A DNA stretch of 64,000 bases, from positions 1,575-65,574 of the IMG/VR virus record IMGVR_UViG_3300046167_000447; one strand, 5' to 3'. The translations under genes were made by a program, and so were the position numbers. Positions 39,730 through 47,282 of the stretch are shown one piece after another. The stretch is from a virus (taxonomy: Duplodnaviria > Caudoviricetes). The stretch's first letter is position 1. Each line of letters opens with the position of its first letter. Below the pieces are notes generated by a model, which saw only the letters and a program-made list of their open reading frames with translations, had not been told where the DNA came from and ran no database searches.

Positions 39730-40563
39730 TTACAATTCTCCTAACTGACGCTCTAATTCGTCACGTACAGGGTTTCCTTTATCTGTCATTAAGAATCTAG
39801 TGAAGACATCGGTAGTGTTTTTGCCCTAACGGTGTAGGCATAATCAAGGTATTAGAATCGTGCCAATACATACCGTCTTCTGTTTCTCTTAGAATCTGAA
39901 AGTCAATAGCAGTAATAATATCTGCCTTTAAGCGAACAACAGGGCTATCTACTAGACCCATGAAAGACGCAGGGTTAGCCTTTGCCTTGTTGCTAGTAGA
40001 GCTCTTTTAATTTCAATACTTGACATATCTGCTGAAATGCCATACGATAAAGCGATAGGAATAAGAGCGTCTAGCTCGCTAGTCTTGATTACAGCTATAG
40101 CATCGTGCAACGCAAACTCATTTTCAAGTTCCTTGGCAGCGTCTACCTCAGTGTTAACTTCATTAAATAGACTACCTCCGTTTGCTGTGTTGTCAGGATG
40201 TAAACGTAAATATGCTAATAAAGAAGGACTAGTGTGTTCAACAACTAAAGAGCCTTCAGTAAATACAATCTGCTCTCTGCGTGCAGCGTCAGACTGTTCT
40301 TCTTTAAATATAGATTTTTCAGCAGGACAGAACCGTAATTCACGATTGTATCCTTTCTCTTCATCAAATACAACAATGTTGTTTTGTCGTAACTTCATCC
40401 AAATACCACCACCTGTAACTACGCTGAACACTACAGGCTTTGGTGCTGATGGTTTGCGTGATGTAGGGGTTTTCTTGGGGGCTACGTTTTTAGCTCCCTT
40501 TAATGTAGGTTGAGCAACCTTAGGTTTGTTTGTGCTCTTGCGAGCTACTTTCTTTTCTGCCAT
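39730..40563 (-). CDS. Conserved protein downstream of capsid gene, with frameshifts near 39990 and 39825
   Basis: Protein-like reading continues AKANPASFMGLVDSP...RFLMTDKGNPVRDELERQLGEL to a stop at 39730. Confidence 0.65.
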
Positions 40564-40591
40564 GATGCAATTAAATTAAATTATTATTGTC

Positions 40592-40602
40592 GCAAATATA
40601 CG
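40592..40602 (-). promoter_or_regulatory. -7 promoter element
   Basis: CGTATATTTGC on - strand. Confidence 0.65.
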
Positions 40603-40630
40603 AAATTTTTGTTACAAAGTTTTAAGCATA

Positions 40631-40656
40631 AAGAAAGGGGCATAAAGCCCCCTCCT
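40631..40656 (-). terminator. Terminator after capsid gene
   Basis: GGGGC/GCCCC hairpin with A-rich flank. Confidence 0.6.
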
Positions 40657-40678
40657 AAATAATATATGTTGTAAGTTA

Positions 40679-41962
40679 TTACTTCAACAATACGTGACGG
40701 TTCGCAGCACGAGTGATTAAGTTACACTCAGTACGGTAGTTGAACTGAGCAGCATCAACAGTACCGTTCTTAGCACCTAGTACAGAACCTGTTAACCAAT
40801 GCTCCATTTCACGGCTGTAACCGTTAGAAGCCTTGTAGTTAAGCTCTAGAGCAGGAGACTTGTCACCTGTCTTAGCATCAGCAACCATAGCCATAGGAAT
40901 CATAACACCCTTAGCAACAGACGCTCCTGAAGCACCTAAAAGAGTTGGGTCGTTAAGAAGTTTCCAATCATGCTTGTGGAAAGTGTAACCACCACGTCCG
41001 AATGATTTGAATCCTAATTCAACAGCCATATTCTTGTCATTGTTGAATGCACCGTAAGCGTTAGCTAGACCGCCTTCACCTGCTAGACCTGAAACCATAT
41101 CGTCGATAGCTAAATCAACTGCACGGTTAACATACATAGCGTACTCAGAGTTAGCACCTTGCTTGTCCAATTGTACGATTATGTCATCAATAGCAGTAAG
41201 ACCGTTAGAACCCATGTTTCCAACAAAGTCAGCATCGATAAGACCACGGTCTTCGATAGCAGCGAAGTAACCTTCACCTGAAGTAAGACCTGCAACACCT
41301 GACTCCTGACCTAGCAATAGCATCATTTCACGCTTGTCGATAAAACGCTTACGAGTATCACCTTCAGACTTCAAGTACCACTTGAACTCACCACCGCCTA
41401 AGTCTACCCAACCGATGTTAGTCGCTTGAGAACCTGAAACAGCGTAAGTTTCTTTCATAATCATGAAGCTGTTAGTGCGCTTAGTAACCCCACTTTCTAA
41501 GTAAGCAGAACCTTGGTCAGAGCCTTGCTCGTACAAGTTACCAATAATAGGGTAGTCGCCGTCTGTGATAGAAGTCAAAGCACTTCCGTCAGTCAAGTCT
41601 ACCATTGCAGTACCGTTGTAGAAAGCACGAGTGCTTCCAATTAATACAACGTCGTTAGCACGGATTGCAGAACCCGTTGCAGGAACATTTGAAGTAATTG
41701 CACCTACAGCGTGTAGACGACCTTCTTCCCAAAAAGTAACGTCATCTTGAACAGCTTGTGCTTTAGTAGCACCTACCATTTTCAAGAATCCTGTGATACC
41801 TTGGTCACCGAAAGTTTTAATAAGAGCAGAACGGTTGTCAGGTTTCCCTAAATCACCGTCTAACAAGTCAGCTAGTGACGTGTAGTTTGCAGCAGAAGGA
41901 GTAGGAGCACCGTAGCCTGTACCTAGTCCGTTTCCACCTTGGGCATTATTTGTTAAAGCCAT
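40679..41962 (-). CDS. Major capsid protein
   Basis: WEEGRLH, YAVSGSQATNIGW and LGFKSFGRGGYTFHKHDWK motifs; strong codon bias; follows scaffold gene. Confidence 0.88.
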   Translation of the reverse strand: MALTNNAQGGNGLGTGYGAPTPSAANYTSLADLLDGDLGKPDNRSALIKTFGDQGITGFLKMVGATKAQAVQDDVTFWEEGRLHAVGAITSNVPATGSAIRANDVVLIGSTRAFYNGTAMVDLTDGSALTSITDGDYPIIGNLYEQGSDQGSAYLESGVTKRTNSFMIMKETYAVSGSQATNIGWVDLGGGEFKWYLKSEGDTRKRFIDKREMMLLLGQESGVAGLTSGEGYFAAIEDRGLIDADFVGNMGSNGLTAIDDIIVQLDKQGANSEYAMYVNRAVDLAIDDMVSGLAGEGGLANAYGAFNNDKNMAVELGFKSFGRGGYTFHKHDWKLLNDPTLLGASGASVAKGVMIPMAMVADAKTGDKSPALELNYKASNGYSREMEHWLTGSVLGAKNGTVDAAQFNYRTECNLITRAANRHVLLK

Positions 41963-41999
41963 AATAAAGTTTGTTTAAAAAAAATAGTTATTGTTGTTT

Positions 42000-43166
42000 C
42001 TAAAATTTAATACGCATGGTATCTTCGCCACCACGCAAAGCGTTTAGAACCTGTTGTCTGACTTTATCTTGAGCCGAGGCTGCATCAACTGTTTGACTTC
42101 TTTCGGGATTTGGAGAAGATGGATTAATCGCATCTTGCACTACTCTAGACTGACCATCAGACATTCCCTGTGCGTAGATTGAGGCAGCAATGCTGTCTAT
42201 GTTATCTATGATTGCACGGTGTGCAGACAGTGTGTCAAAGTCCCAATTCCCTGAGTTGTCAACATATTGGTCGAAAAACTCATCCAACTTGGAGTTCTTG
42301 TCCTTCAGAGTAGATTTGTATTCGTCAGTCATGCCAAAGCTAAAAGACTTATCACCCCCTAGCGAGAATTCTAAAGAATCTATTGCATCGACTTCTTCTG
42401 ACATACTACTTACCCACTCTTCAGTAATAGGGCTTTCAAGTTCTTCTTCACCTGCGAATTCATTAGTCTGCATTGGAGCAGCATAAGATTCACGAATAGT
42501 GTCGAGTTCCTCTCTAGCCTTTTGAGCGTCCATCTTTAGATTCAACTTACCGATACGCAATTCATTTTCAGAATGCATATCCTCGTCCATTTTGTACTTA
42601 TCGCCTAATAAGAGTTGCGCTTCCTCGTTAGACATATCAGGAAAGTCCTGCTTGAGTTTAGCTGTCATTACAGTCATATCGTCCATTTCAGACGGATTAA
42701 AAGACTGATAAGTAAACCAATCATCAACAGAGCGACCTGTTTCTTGTACAAAATCAGCGATAGCCTTAACCTGTGGGTCAAGTTCAGTTGGCTCTAGATT
42801 TTGCTCAGGTTCAAGCATACCTCTAAGTTCATCAATGCTGTTTGCCTCAGTCCCTAACATTTCATTAAAAGACATTAACAAATCCTCACTGTTTATCTCT
42901 TCAGTAGGCTCTATATTTTCATTTGCTTGTAGAGTATTTAACTCAGGCTCTAAACCTTCATTATCAACTTCTAATGGCTCGTCAGCAACAACAGGCTCAT
43001 TCCCTTCAGTCACTTCCTCACCGCCAAGCGGTTCATTTTGTAAAGAACTTTCAGGCTGTTCTCCATCTTGTGGTGTAGCCGCCTCTGCTTGTCCTGCTAA
43101 GTCTTCAGGGGAATCACCGAAGCTCATTCCCATGCTGCTTAGAGCACTTTCTAAATCGTTACTCAT
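42000..43166 (-). CDS. Capsid scaffolding-like acidic protein
   Basis: Very acidic; directly upstream of capsid gene. Confidence 0.7.
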   Translation of the reverse strand: MSNDLESALSSMGMSFGDSPEDLAGQAEAATPQDGEQPESSLQNEPLGGEEVTEGNEPVVADEPLEVDNEGLEPELNTLQANENIEPTEEINSEDLLMSFNEMLGTEANSIDELRGMLEPEQNLEPTELDPQVKAIADFVQETGRSVDDWFTYQSFNPSEMDDMTVMTAKLKQDFPDMSNEEAQLLLGDKYKMDEDMHSENELRIGKLNLKMDAQKAREELDTIRESYAAPMQTNEFAGEEELESPITEEWVSSMSEEVDAIDSLEFSLGGDKSFSFGMTDEYKSTLKDKNSKLDEFFDQYVDNSGNWDFDTLSAHRAIIDNIDSIAASIYAQGMSDGQSRVVQDAINPSSPNPERSQTVDAASAQDKVRQQVLNALRGGEDTMRIKF

Positions 43167-43188
43167 AATGAATTGAATTTACTTATTG

Positions 43189-43199
43189 TGCAAATATAC
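43189..43199 (-). promoter_or_regulatory. -7 promoter element of scaffold/capsid operon
   Basis: GTATATTTGCA on - strand. Confidence 0.65.
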
Positions 43200-43242
43200 A
43201 AAAACTTTTTTAATAAAACATTTGGAAGTTTGGTTTTTTATA

Positions 43243-43309
43243 CACACGTGTGCGCTATATCATATACCATGGTTCTAGTAGTTGCATTATATGCAACAAC
43301 TACTAGAAC
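43243..43309. repeat. Palindromic element copy 2
   Basis: CACACGTGTG, CTATATCATATACCAT box and 16-bp inverted repeat with 3-nt bulge. Confidence 0.7.
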
Positions 43310-43408
43310 AATAAAGACATAGTATTCACAGTATATAATTATTTATGTGTTTTACTTGTTTTTTAGTTAAGAGTTGTTTATATTAGAATTGTAACAAAAA
43401 GGAAAATT

Positions 43409-43708
43409 ATGAAAAAGTTGTTAGTTTGTTTAAGTTTGATTGTTTTTTCAAGCTGTTCTATACTACCTGTTAGACAAACAGAATCAGAATGGGTAAGTAT
43501 CATAAACGTATGGGATTCTGATATAACTAAAGCACAGGCTAAGTTAATGAATGATTTCATGGAGAACAGTGTAGATTCTACTTGGACAGATACAGATGAT
43601 GGTTGGATTAATGTTCACGGAACTAATGCAGCATTTGACACCGTAGTGGTGCAGGAGACAAGCCCTGAAGGTAAAAAAGGACATCAAATGTTATATTGGA
43701 AAGAGTAA
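43409..43708 (+). CDS. Lipoprotein
   Basis: MKKLLVCLSLIVFSSC signal peptide/lipobox. Confidence 0.7.
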   Translation: MKKLLVCLSLIVFSSCSILPVRQTESEWVSIINVWDSDITKAQAKLMNDFMENSVDSTWTDTDDGWINVHGTNAAFDTVVVQETSPEGKKGHQMLYWKE

Positions 43709-43721
43709 ATAACAGATTAAT

Positions 43722-43871
43722 ATGCAAGAGCTAAACGAAAAAGATATGGAGCGTTATGAGACAATGTCCAACGCTCGTCTTGAAGGAGAGTCTTTCGAAG
43801 ACTATAAACAACGAAGAGTAATTACAAACAGAATGATTAAACAATACCTAAAAGGAAGAAGAATAAAATGA
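43722..43871 (+). CDS. Small hypothetical protein
   Basis: 49 aa; RLEGESFEDYKQRR. Confidence 0.55.
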   Translation: MQELNEKDMERYETMSNARLEGESFEDYKQRRVITNRMIKQYLKGRRIK

Positions 43872-44038
43872 GTAAAGAACTAAAAACGATTAAAAAAAGA
43901 GAAGAAGAAGCTGTAACCCTTTACAATAAGGTAGCTAAAGAGATAGTTAGTCGCAACGAAGACAGGAAGGAAATAGTAGATGCGTGGGATTCCATTAGAC
44001 CGCAGTTTGAAGATGCTTTTCGTTCAATCCTTAAATAA
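43868..44038 (+). CDS. Small hypothetical protein
   Basis: 56 aa coupled ORF. Confidence 0.55.
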   Translation: MSKELKTIKKREEEAVTLYNKVAKEIVSRNEDRKEIVDAWDSIRPQFEDAFRSILK

Positions 44039-44046
44039 AGTATAAA

Positions 44047-44463
44047 ATGAGACCAATAAACAAGATAATACTACACAGCACATACACACCTGAGGGTCGT
44101 GAGCACGATGTAGAAGACATTAGAGCTTGGCACATAGCTAGAGGATGGAAGGATATAGGTTATCACTACTTGATTCAGTTAGATGGTACTATAGAGCAGG
44201 GTCGTCCTTTAGACAATATAGGAGCTCATGCCAAAGGATACAACCAAGGTAGCATAGGTCTCGTTTATGTCGGAGGGATGTCATCTAGCGGAAGGACACC
44301 ACAAGACACTAGAACACCTGAACAGATTAAGTCTATAAGTAAATTGGTTGATAGTCTGAACTTGGTTTTAGGCGGGAACTTGACCGTAATGGGTCACAAC
44401 GAGGTTAGCTCTAAGGCTTGTCCTTGTTTCGATGTAGCAGAGGAATTCCCTCAGTACAGATAA
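44047..44463 (+). CDS. N-acetylmuramoyl-L-alanine amidase (T7 lysozyme-like endolysin)
   Basis: IILH, RGWKDIGYHY, GAHAKGYN and GHNE..KACPCF motifs. Confidence 0.93.
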   Translation: MRPINKIILHSTYTPEGREHDVEDIRAWHIARGWKDIGYHYLIQLDGTIEQGRPLDNIGAHAKGYNQGSIGLVYVGGMSSSGRTPQDTRTPEQIKSISKLVDSLNLVLGGNLTVMGHNEVSSKACPCFDVAEEFPQYR

Positions 44464-44497
44464 AGAGAAAGGGGCTAATGCCCCTTCTTCTATTTTC
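44463..44497. terminator. Bidirectional terminator
   Basis: AAGGGGC/GCCCCTT hairpin between convergent genes. Confidence 0.7.
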
Positions 44498-44729
44498 TAA
44501 ATCTTCTTACTAGCCTAGCTATCCTCTTAGGCTGTTTTACAAACTGTTTACCTTTCTTATTACCCTTAGCTTTAGCTGCATTTGTTGAAGCCTTCTCTTC
44601 AGGTGTTAACGCATTCCAAGCAGCCTTAGGCAGATACCTTTTCTTTCCTTCAGACTTAGAGCCATCCGATGTAGTCCACTGTTGAGATGTCCATTTACGT
44701 AGACTCTTTTGTGATTTACTTAGACTCAT
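44490..44729 (-). CDS. Small basic protein (DUF5872-like C-terminal part)
   Basis: QKSL..WT.Q.W and RYLPKAAW motifs. Confidence 0.7.
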   Translation of the reverse strand: MSLSKSQKSLRKWTSQQWTTSDGSKSEGKKRYLPKAAWNALTPEEKASTNAAKAKGNKKGKQFVKQPKRIARLVRRFRK

Positions 44730-45043
44730 TAGTTTCTGTATCCTCCTCCGTTCTCTTTGTATCGCTTTGCTAAAAGCTGTGCCTTACGGGCAGACCATTG
44801 TCCTGCGCGACCACCTTTAGTCCCTGCCATAATTCTATTAAACAGATTCTTTCGCATAGTCGGCTTAGTGTAGTTTCCTGCCTCGTTTACTTTAGATTTA
44901 GTTTTCCCTCCTTTATCGTACTTAGGCTTATCGTGACCATACCCTTGTCTCTTTAAACGCAAGTGGTCAGCCATAGTCTTAGCCATGACAGCCTTCTTGC
45001 CCTTGTACATCATGTGAGGCTTAAACTTTTTCTTTACGTTCAT
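44729..45043 (-). CDS. Small basic protein (DUF5872-like N-terminal part)
   Basis: YTKPTMRK and GQWSARKAQLLA..Y...GGGY motifs. Confidence 0.7.
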   Translation of the reverse strand: MNVKKKFKPHMMYKGKKAVMAKTMADHLRLKRQGYGHDKPKYDKGGKTKSKVNEAGNYTKPTMRKNLFNRIMAGTKGGRAGQWSARKAQLLAKRYKENGGGYRN

Positions 45044-45304
45044 TTTTTTGCTCTGTTTTTAGACTTTGTCAAAACCCCTAGATTTGCTCTAGAGTTATTC
45101 TGTAGGATTTCCATCTTTATGGTCTACGTCTTTTCCGTCACCCTTCTTAACTAATCCTAATGAAGCCAAAGCTCTACGAGCCATGTTTCTACTTGAACGG
45201 TTTTTACGCTGTTCTGATTTAGCATTATACCCCTTGTCGTATTTAGCCTTTTTAGCTTTAGCTTCAGGGTTATTGTTATAGAATGTTTGGGTTCTTTTTG
45301 CCAT
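45037..45304 (-). CDS. Small HNH protein with a frameshift near 45100
   Basis: GDGKDVDHKDGNP continues NNSRANL..L.KSKNR in a shifted frame; end coordinate approximate. Confidence 0.6.
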
Positions 45305-45819
45305 TACCACTTTACCTTATTAGCAACAGCTGTACACATATCAACAAACTCTTCTTGAGTATATCGCTGTTTGCACATATTAACCATCTTATGAACCCAC
45401 TGAACATTTCCTTCAATGTATCCTTTTGATGAATCTATTCTATCTAAAGACGCTGTATTGCCGTTTACCTCCATAGCATCAATATCCCAATCTGTTAAAG
45501 CACATTTAAAGTCTTGTTCAATCAACAAGTCTGCTAGATATTCAAACGTAACGTCCCAATCCAAATCTCTTAAATCTGCGTTTACTTTGTATTTACGGCA
45601 GAAAGACTCTCTTAAAACATCCTTTACCCAACCCTTGTGAGAATTATTCTCAGGTTTTTTATTAGAGCAAGGTTTGCATTCCTTTCCCTCATTGTATGAT
45701 GTAACAGCATAGTTACGCCTCAGATATGATTGCATATCGCCACAACTAGGACACGGTTTATACCAACGTCCATCTTCGCCTTTATATACTTTTTTTGGTA
45801 ATTCTAAAGGGAAAGCCAT
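45304..45819 (-). CDS. Free-standing homing endonuclease-like protein
   Basis: CxxC pairs; ASLDRIDSSKGYIEGNVQWV motif; likely start MAFPLE. Confidence 0.75.
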   Translation of the reverse strand: MAFPLELPKKVYKGEDGRWYKPCPSCGDMQSYLRRNYAVTSYNEGKECKPCSNKKPENNSHKGWVKDVLRESFCRKYKVNADLRDLDWDVTFEYLADLLIEQDFKCALTDWDIDAMEVNGNTASLDRIDSSKGYIEGNVQWVHKMVNMCKQRYTQEEFVDMCTAVANKVKW

Positions 45820-46127
45820 AATGGTAGTATTAGAATCCACTTAACTTTATTAGCCCAATAAGCTGCACTTAAAACTCCTTTAGCTATGTTTCTAGCGTGA
45901 CGAGCTTTAAAACTCTTTCTTCGGTTTCTGTGTGACTTAGACTCACCCTGTTTTTTAGGAGAGCCTGACACGCCTTGTTGACCGAATCGTATAGTCTTTA
46001 CAGTGCTCCCTGACTTAGCTACAACAACGTGAGACTTAGTAGGATGGCTAGGGGTACGTTTTGGTTTGTTGTACCCGCTAACACCTATCCTTTTAAGAAC
46101 ACCATCTTTTTTCTTTACAGAAGCCAT
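45804..46127 (-). CDS. Conserved basic phage protein
   Basis: GYNKPKRTPSHPTKSHVV...IRFGQQG...SAAYWANKVKW. Confidence 0.8.
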   Translation of the reverse strand: MASVKKKDGVLKRIGVSGYNKPKRTPSHPTKSHVVVAKSGSTVKTIRFGQQGVSGSPKKQGESKSHRNRRKSFKARHARNIAKGVLSAAYWANKVKWILILPLWLSL

Positions 46128-46130
46128 TAT

Positions 46131-46457
46131 TTATTTATCGCTTACGCTTTTAGGAAAACCATAACTAGCTAATCTATCTTTAGTAGCTTTCGCTTTAGCC
46201 CGCTTAAAATTTTCATCTGTTCTGTCCATCCATTTTTCTTTCAAATAACGACTCGCTGTTATTCCGTCTTTTATATCATTCTTATATGCCCGTTCTTTAT
46301 CAGCTTTTTTATTATGAGCTACAATATAGGCTTGCTCTTTTTTACTTGGTATGCCTCCGCCTTTGTTGTATTTAGGGATGTTGTTTTTTCTTGTTTTACG
46401 CGCCTTTGGTGCGGCAGCCCCTTTCTTTTTGGTTAGCTTTTTCTTTACTACTTTCAT
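46131..46457 (-). CDS. Lysine-rich small protein
   Basis: MKVVKK start; YNKGG motif. Confidence 0.65.
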   Translation of the reverse strand: MKVVKKKLTKKKGAAAPKARKTRKNNIPKYNKGGGIPSKKEQAYIVAHNKKADKERAYKNDIKDGITASRYLKEKWMDRTDENFKRAKAKATKDRLASYGFPKSVSDK

Positions 46458-46497
46458 GTTACTTGTTTTTTAAGATATTAATTCCTTACTTTACTAG

Positions 46498-46905
46498 CTA
46501 CTTCCTCTGCTTTCTATTTGCCTTAACTGACTCACGGACTTTTTTACGAGTCTTAGGAGCAGCAGCACCTGCAACAGCACCTGCAAACCAATCACCTGTA
46601 CTCTTAATAACCTTTGCCTCGTCTAGTACAATTTTGCTATCTTCAGAGCGTTTAGTCTCCCTGTACTCCTTACGAGCAGCCTCTAGGTTTTTATTTTGCT
46701 TACTTGTGTTCTCTTTTTGAACAGCTACTTGAGTTTGTTTAGATTTTTTTACTCTAACCTTTTCTGCTGATTTTTCTTCGTTTTCCTTTTTTTTAGCCTC
46801 AGCTTCAGCAGCTAGGCGTTCTTTCTTTTCCTCAAGAGTTTCCTTCTTTCTTTTGTTTTTTACCTTGCCGCCTTCGTTGTAGGTATTCTTTTTTACTACC
46901 TTCAT
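46498..46905 (-). CDS. Lysine-rich small protein
   Basis: MKVVKK start; YNEGG motif. Confidence 0.65.
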   Translation of the reverse strand: MKVVKKNTYNEGGKVKNKRKKETLEEKKERLAAEAEAKKKENEEKSAEKVRVKKSKQTQVAVQKENTSKQNKNLEAARKEYRETKRSEDSKIVLDEAKVIKSTGDWFAGAVAGAAAPKTRKKVRESVKANRKQRK

Positions 46906-46906
46906 G

Positions 46907-47239
46907 TTATTTGTTTTTCAGGATATTGTTTTCTGCCCTAAGGACTTTGTTTTCTATTTCGAGTTCTTCAACCCTTCCTTCTAGCTCGACTATCCTTCCT
47001 GATAGATTAGCTCTTTCTTTTTCAGACTGAATAAAGTTATCATGGAGCTCGGTGATTCTGTCTTCTAGTCTAAGGTATCTTTTTTGTAAGTCTGCTATAA
47101 ACTCATCCTTAGCTTCTATCAGAGCATTGTCTTTCTTTTCGTCGCCTTCTTTACGTTGCTTAAAATAATCCCAAGCTCCCTTAGAAGTAACTCCTGCTGC
47201 TAATGCAGCTACCGCTCCCCAAATCCCCGTTGAATCCAT
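46907..47239 (-). CDS. Membrane-anchored coiled-coil protein (possible lysis accessory)
   Basis: N-terminal hydrophobic helix followed by coiled coil. Confidence 0.6.
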   Translation of the reverse strand: MDSTGIWGAVAALAAGVTSKGAWDYFKQRKEGDEKKDNALIEAKDEFIADLQKRYLRLEDRITELHDNFIQSEKERANLSGRIVELEGRVEELEIENKVLRAENNILKNK

Positions 47240-47265
47240 TAGATAGTTCTATTATTTGTCATAGT

Positions 47266-47276
47266 TGCAAATATAC
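47266..47276 (-). promoter_or_regulatory. -7 promoter element
   Basis: GTATATTTGCA on - strand. Confidence 0.6.
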
Positions 47277-47282
47277 AAAAAA

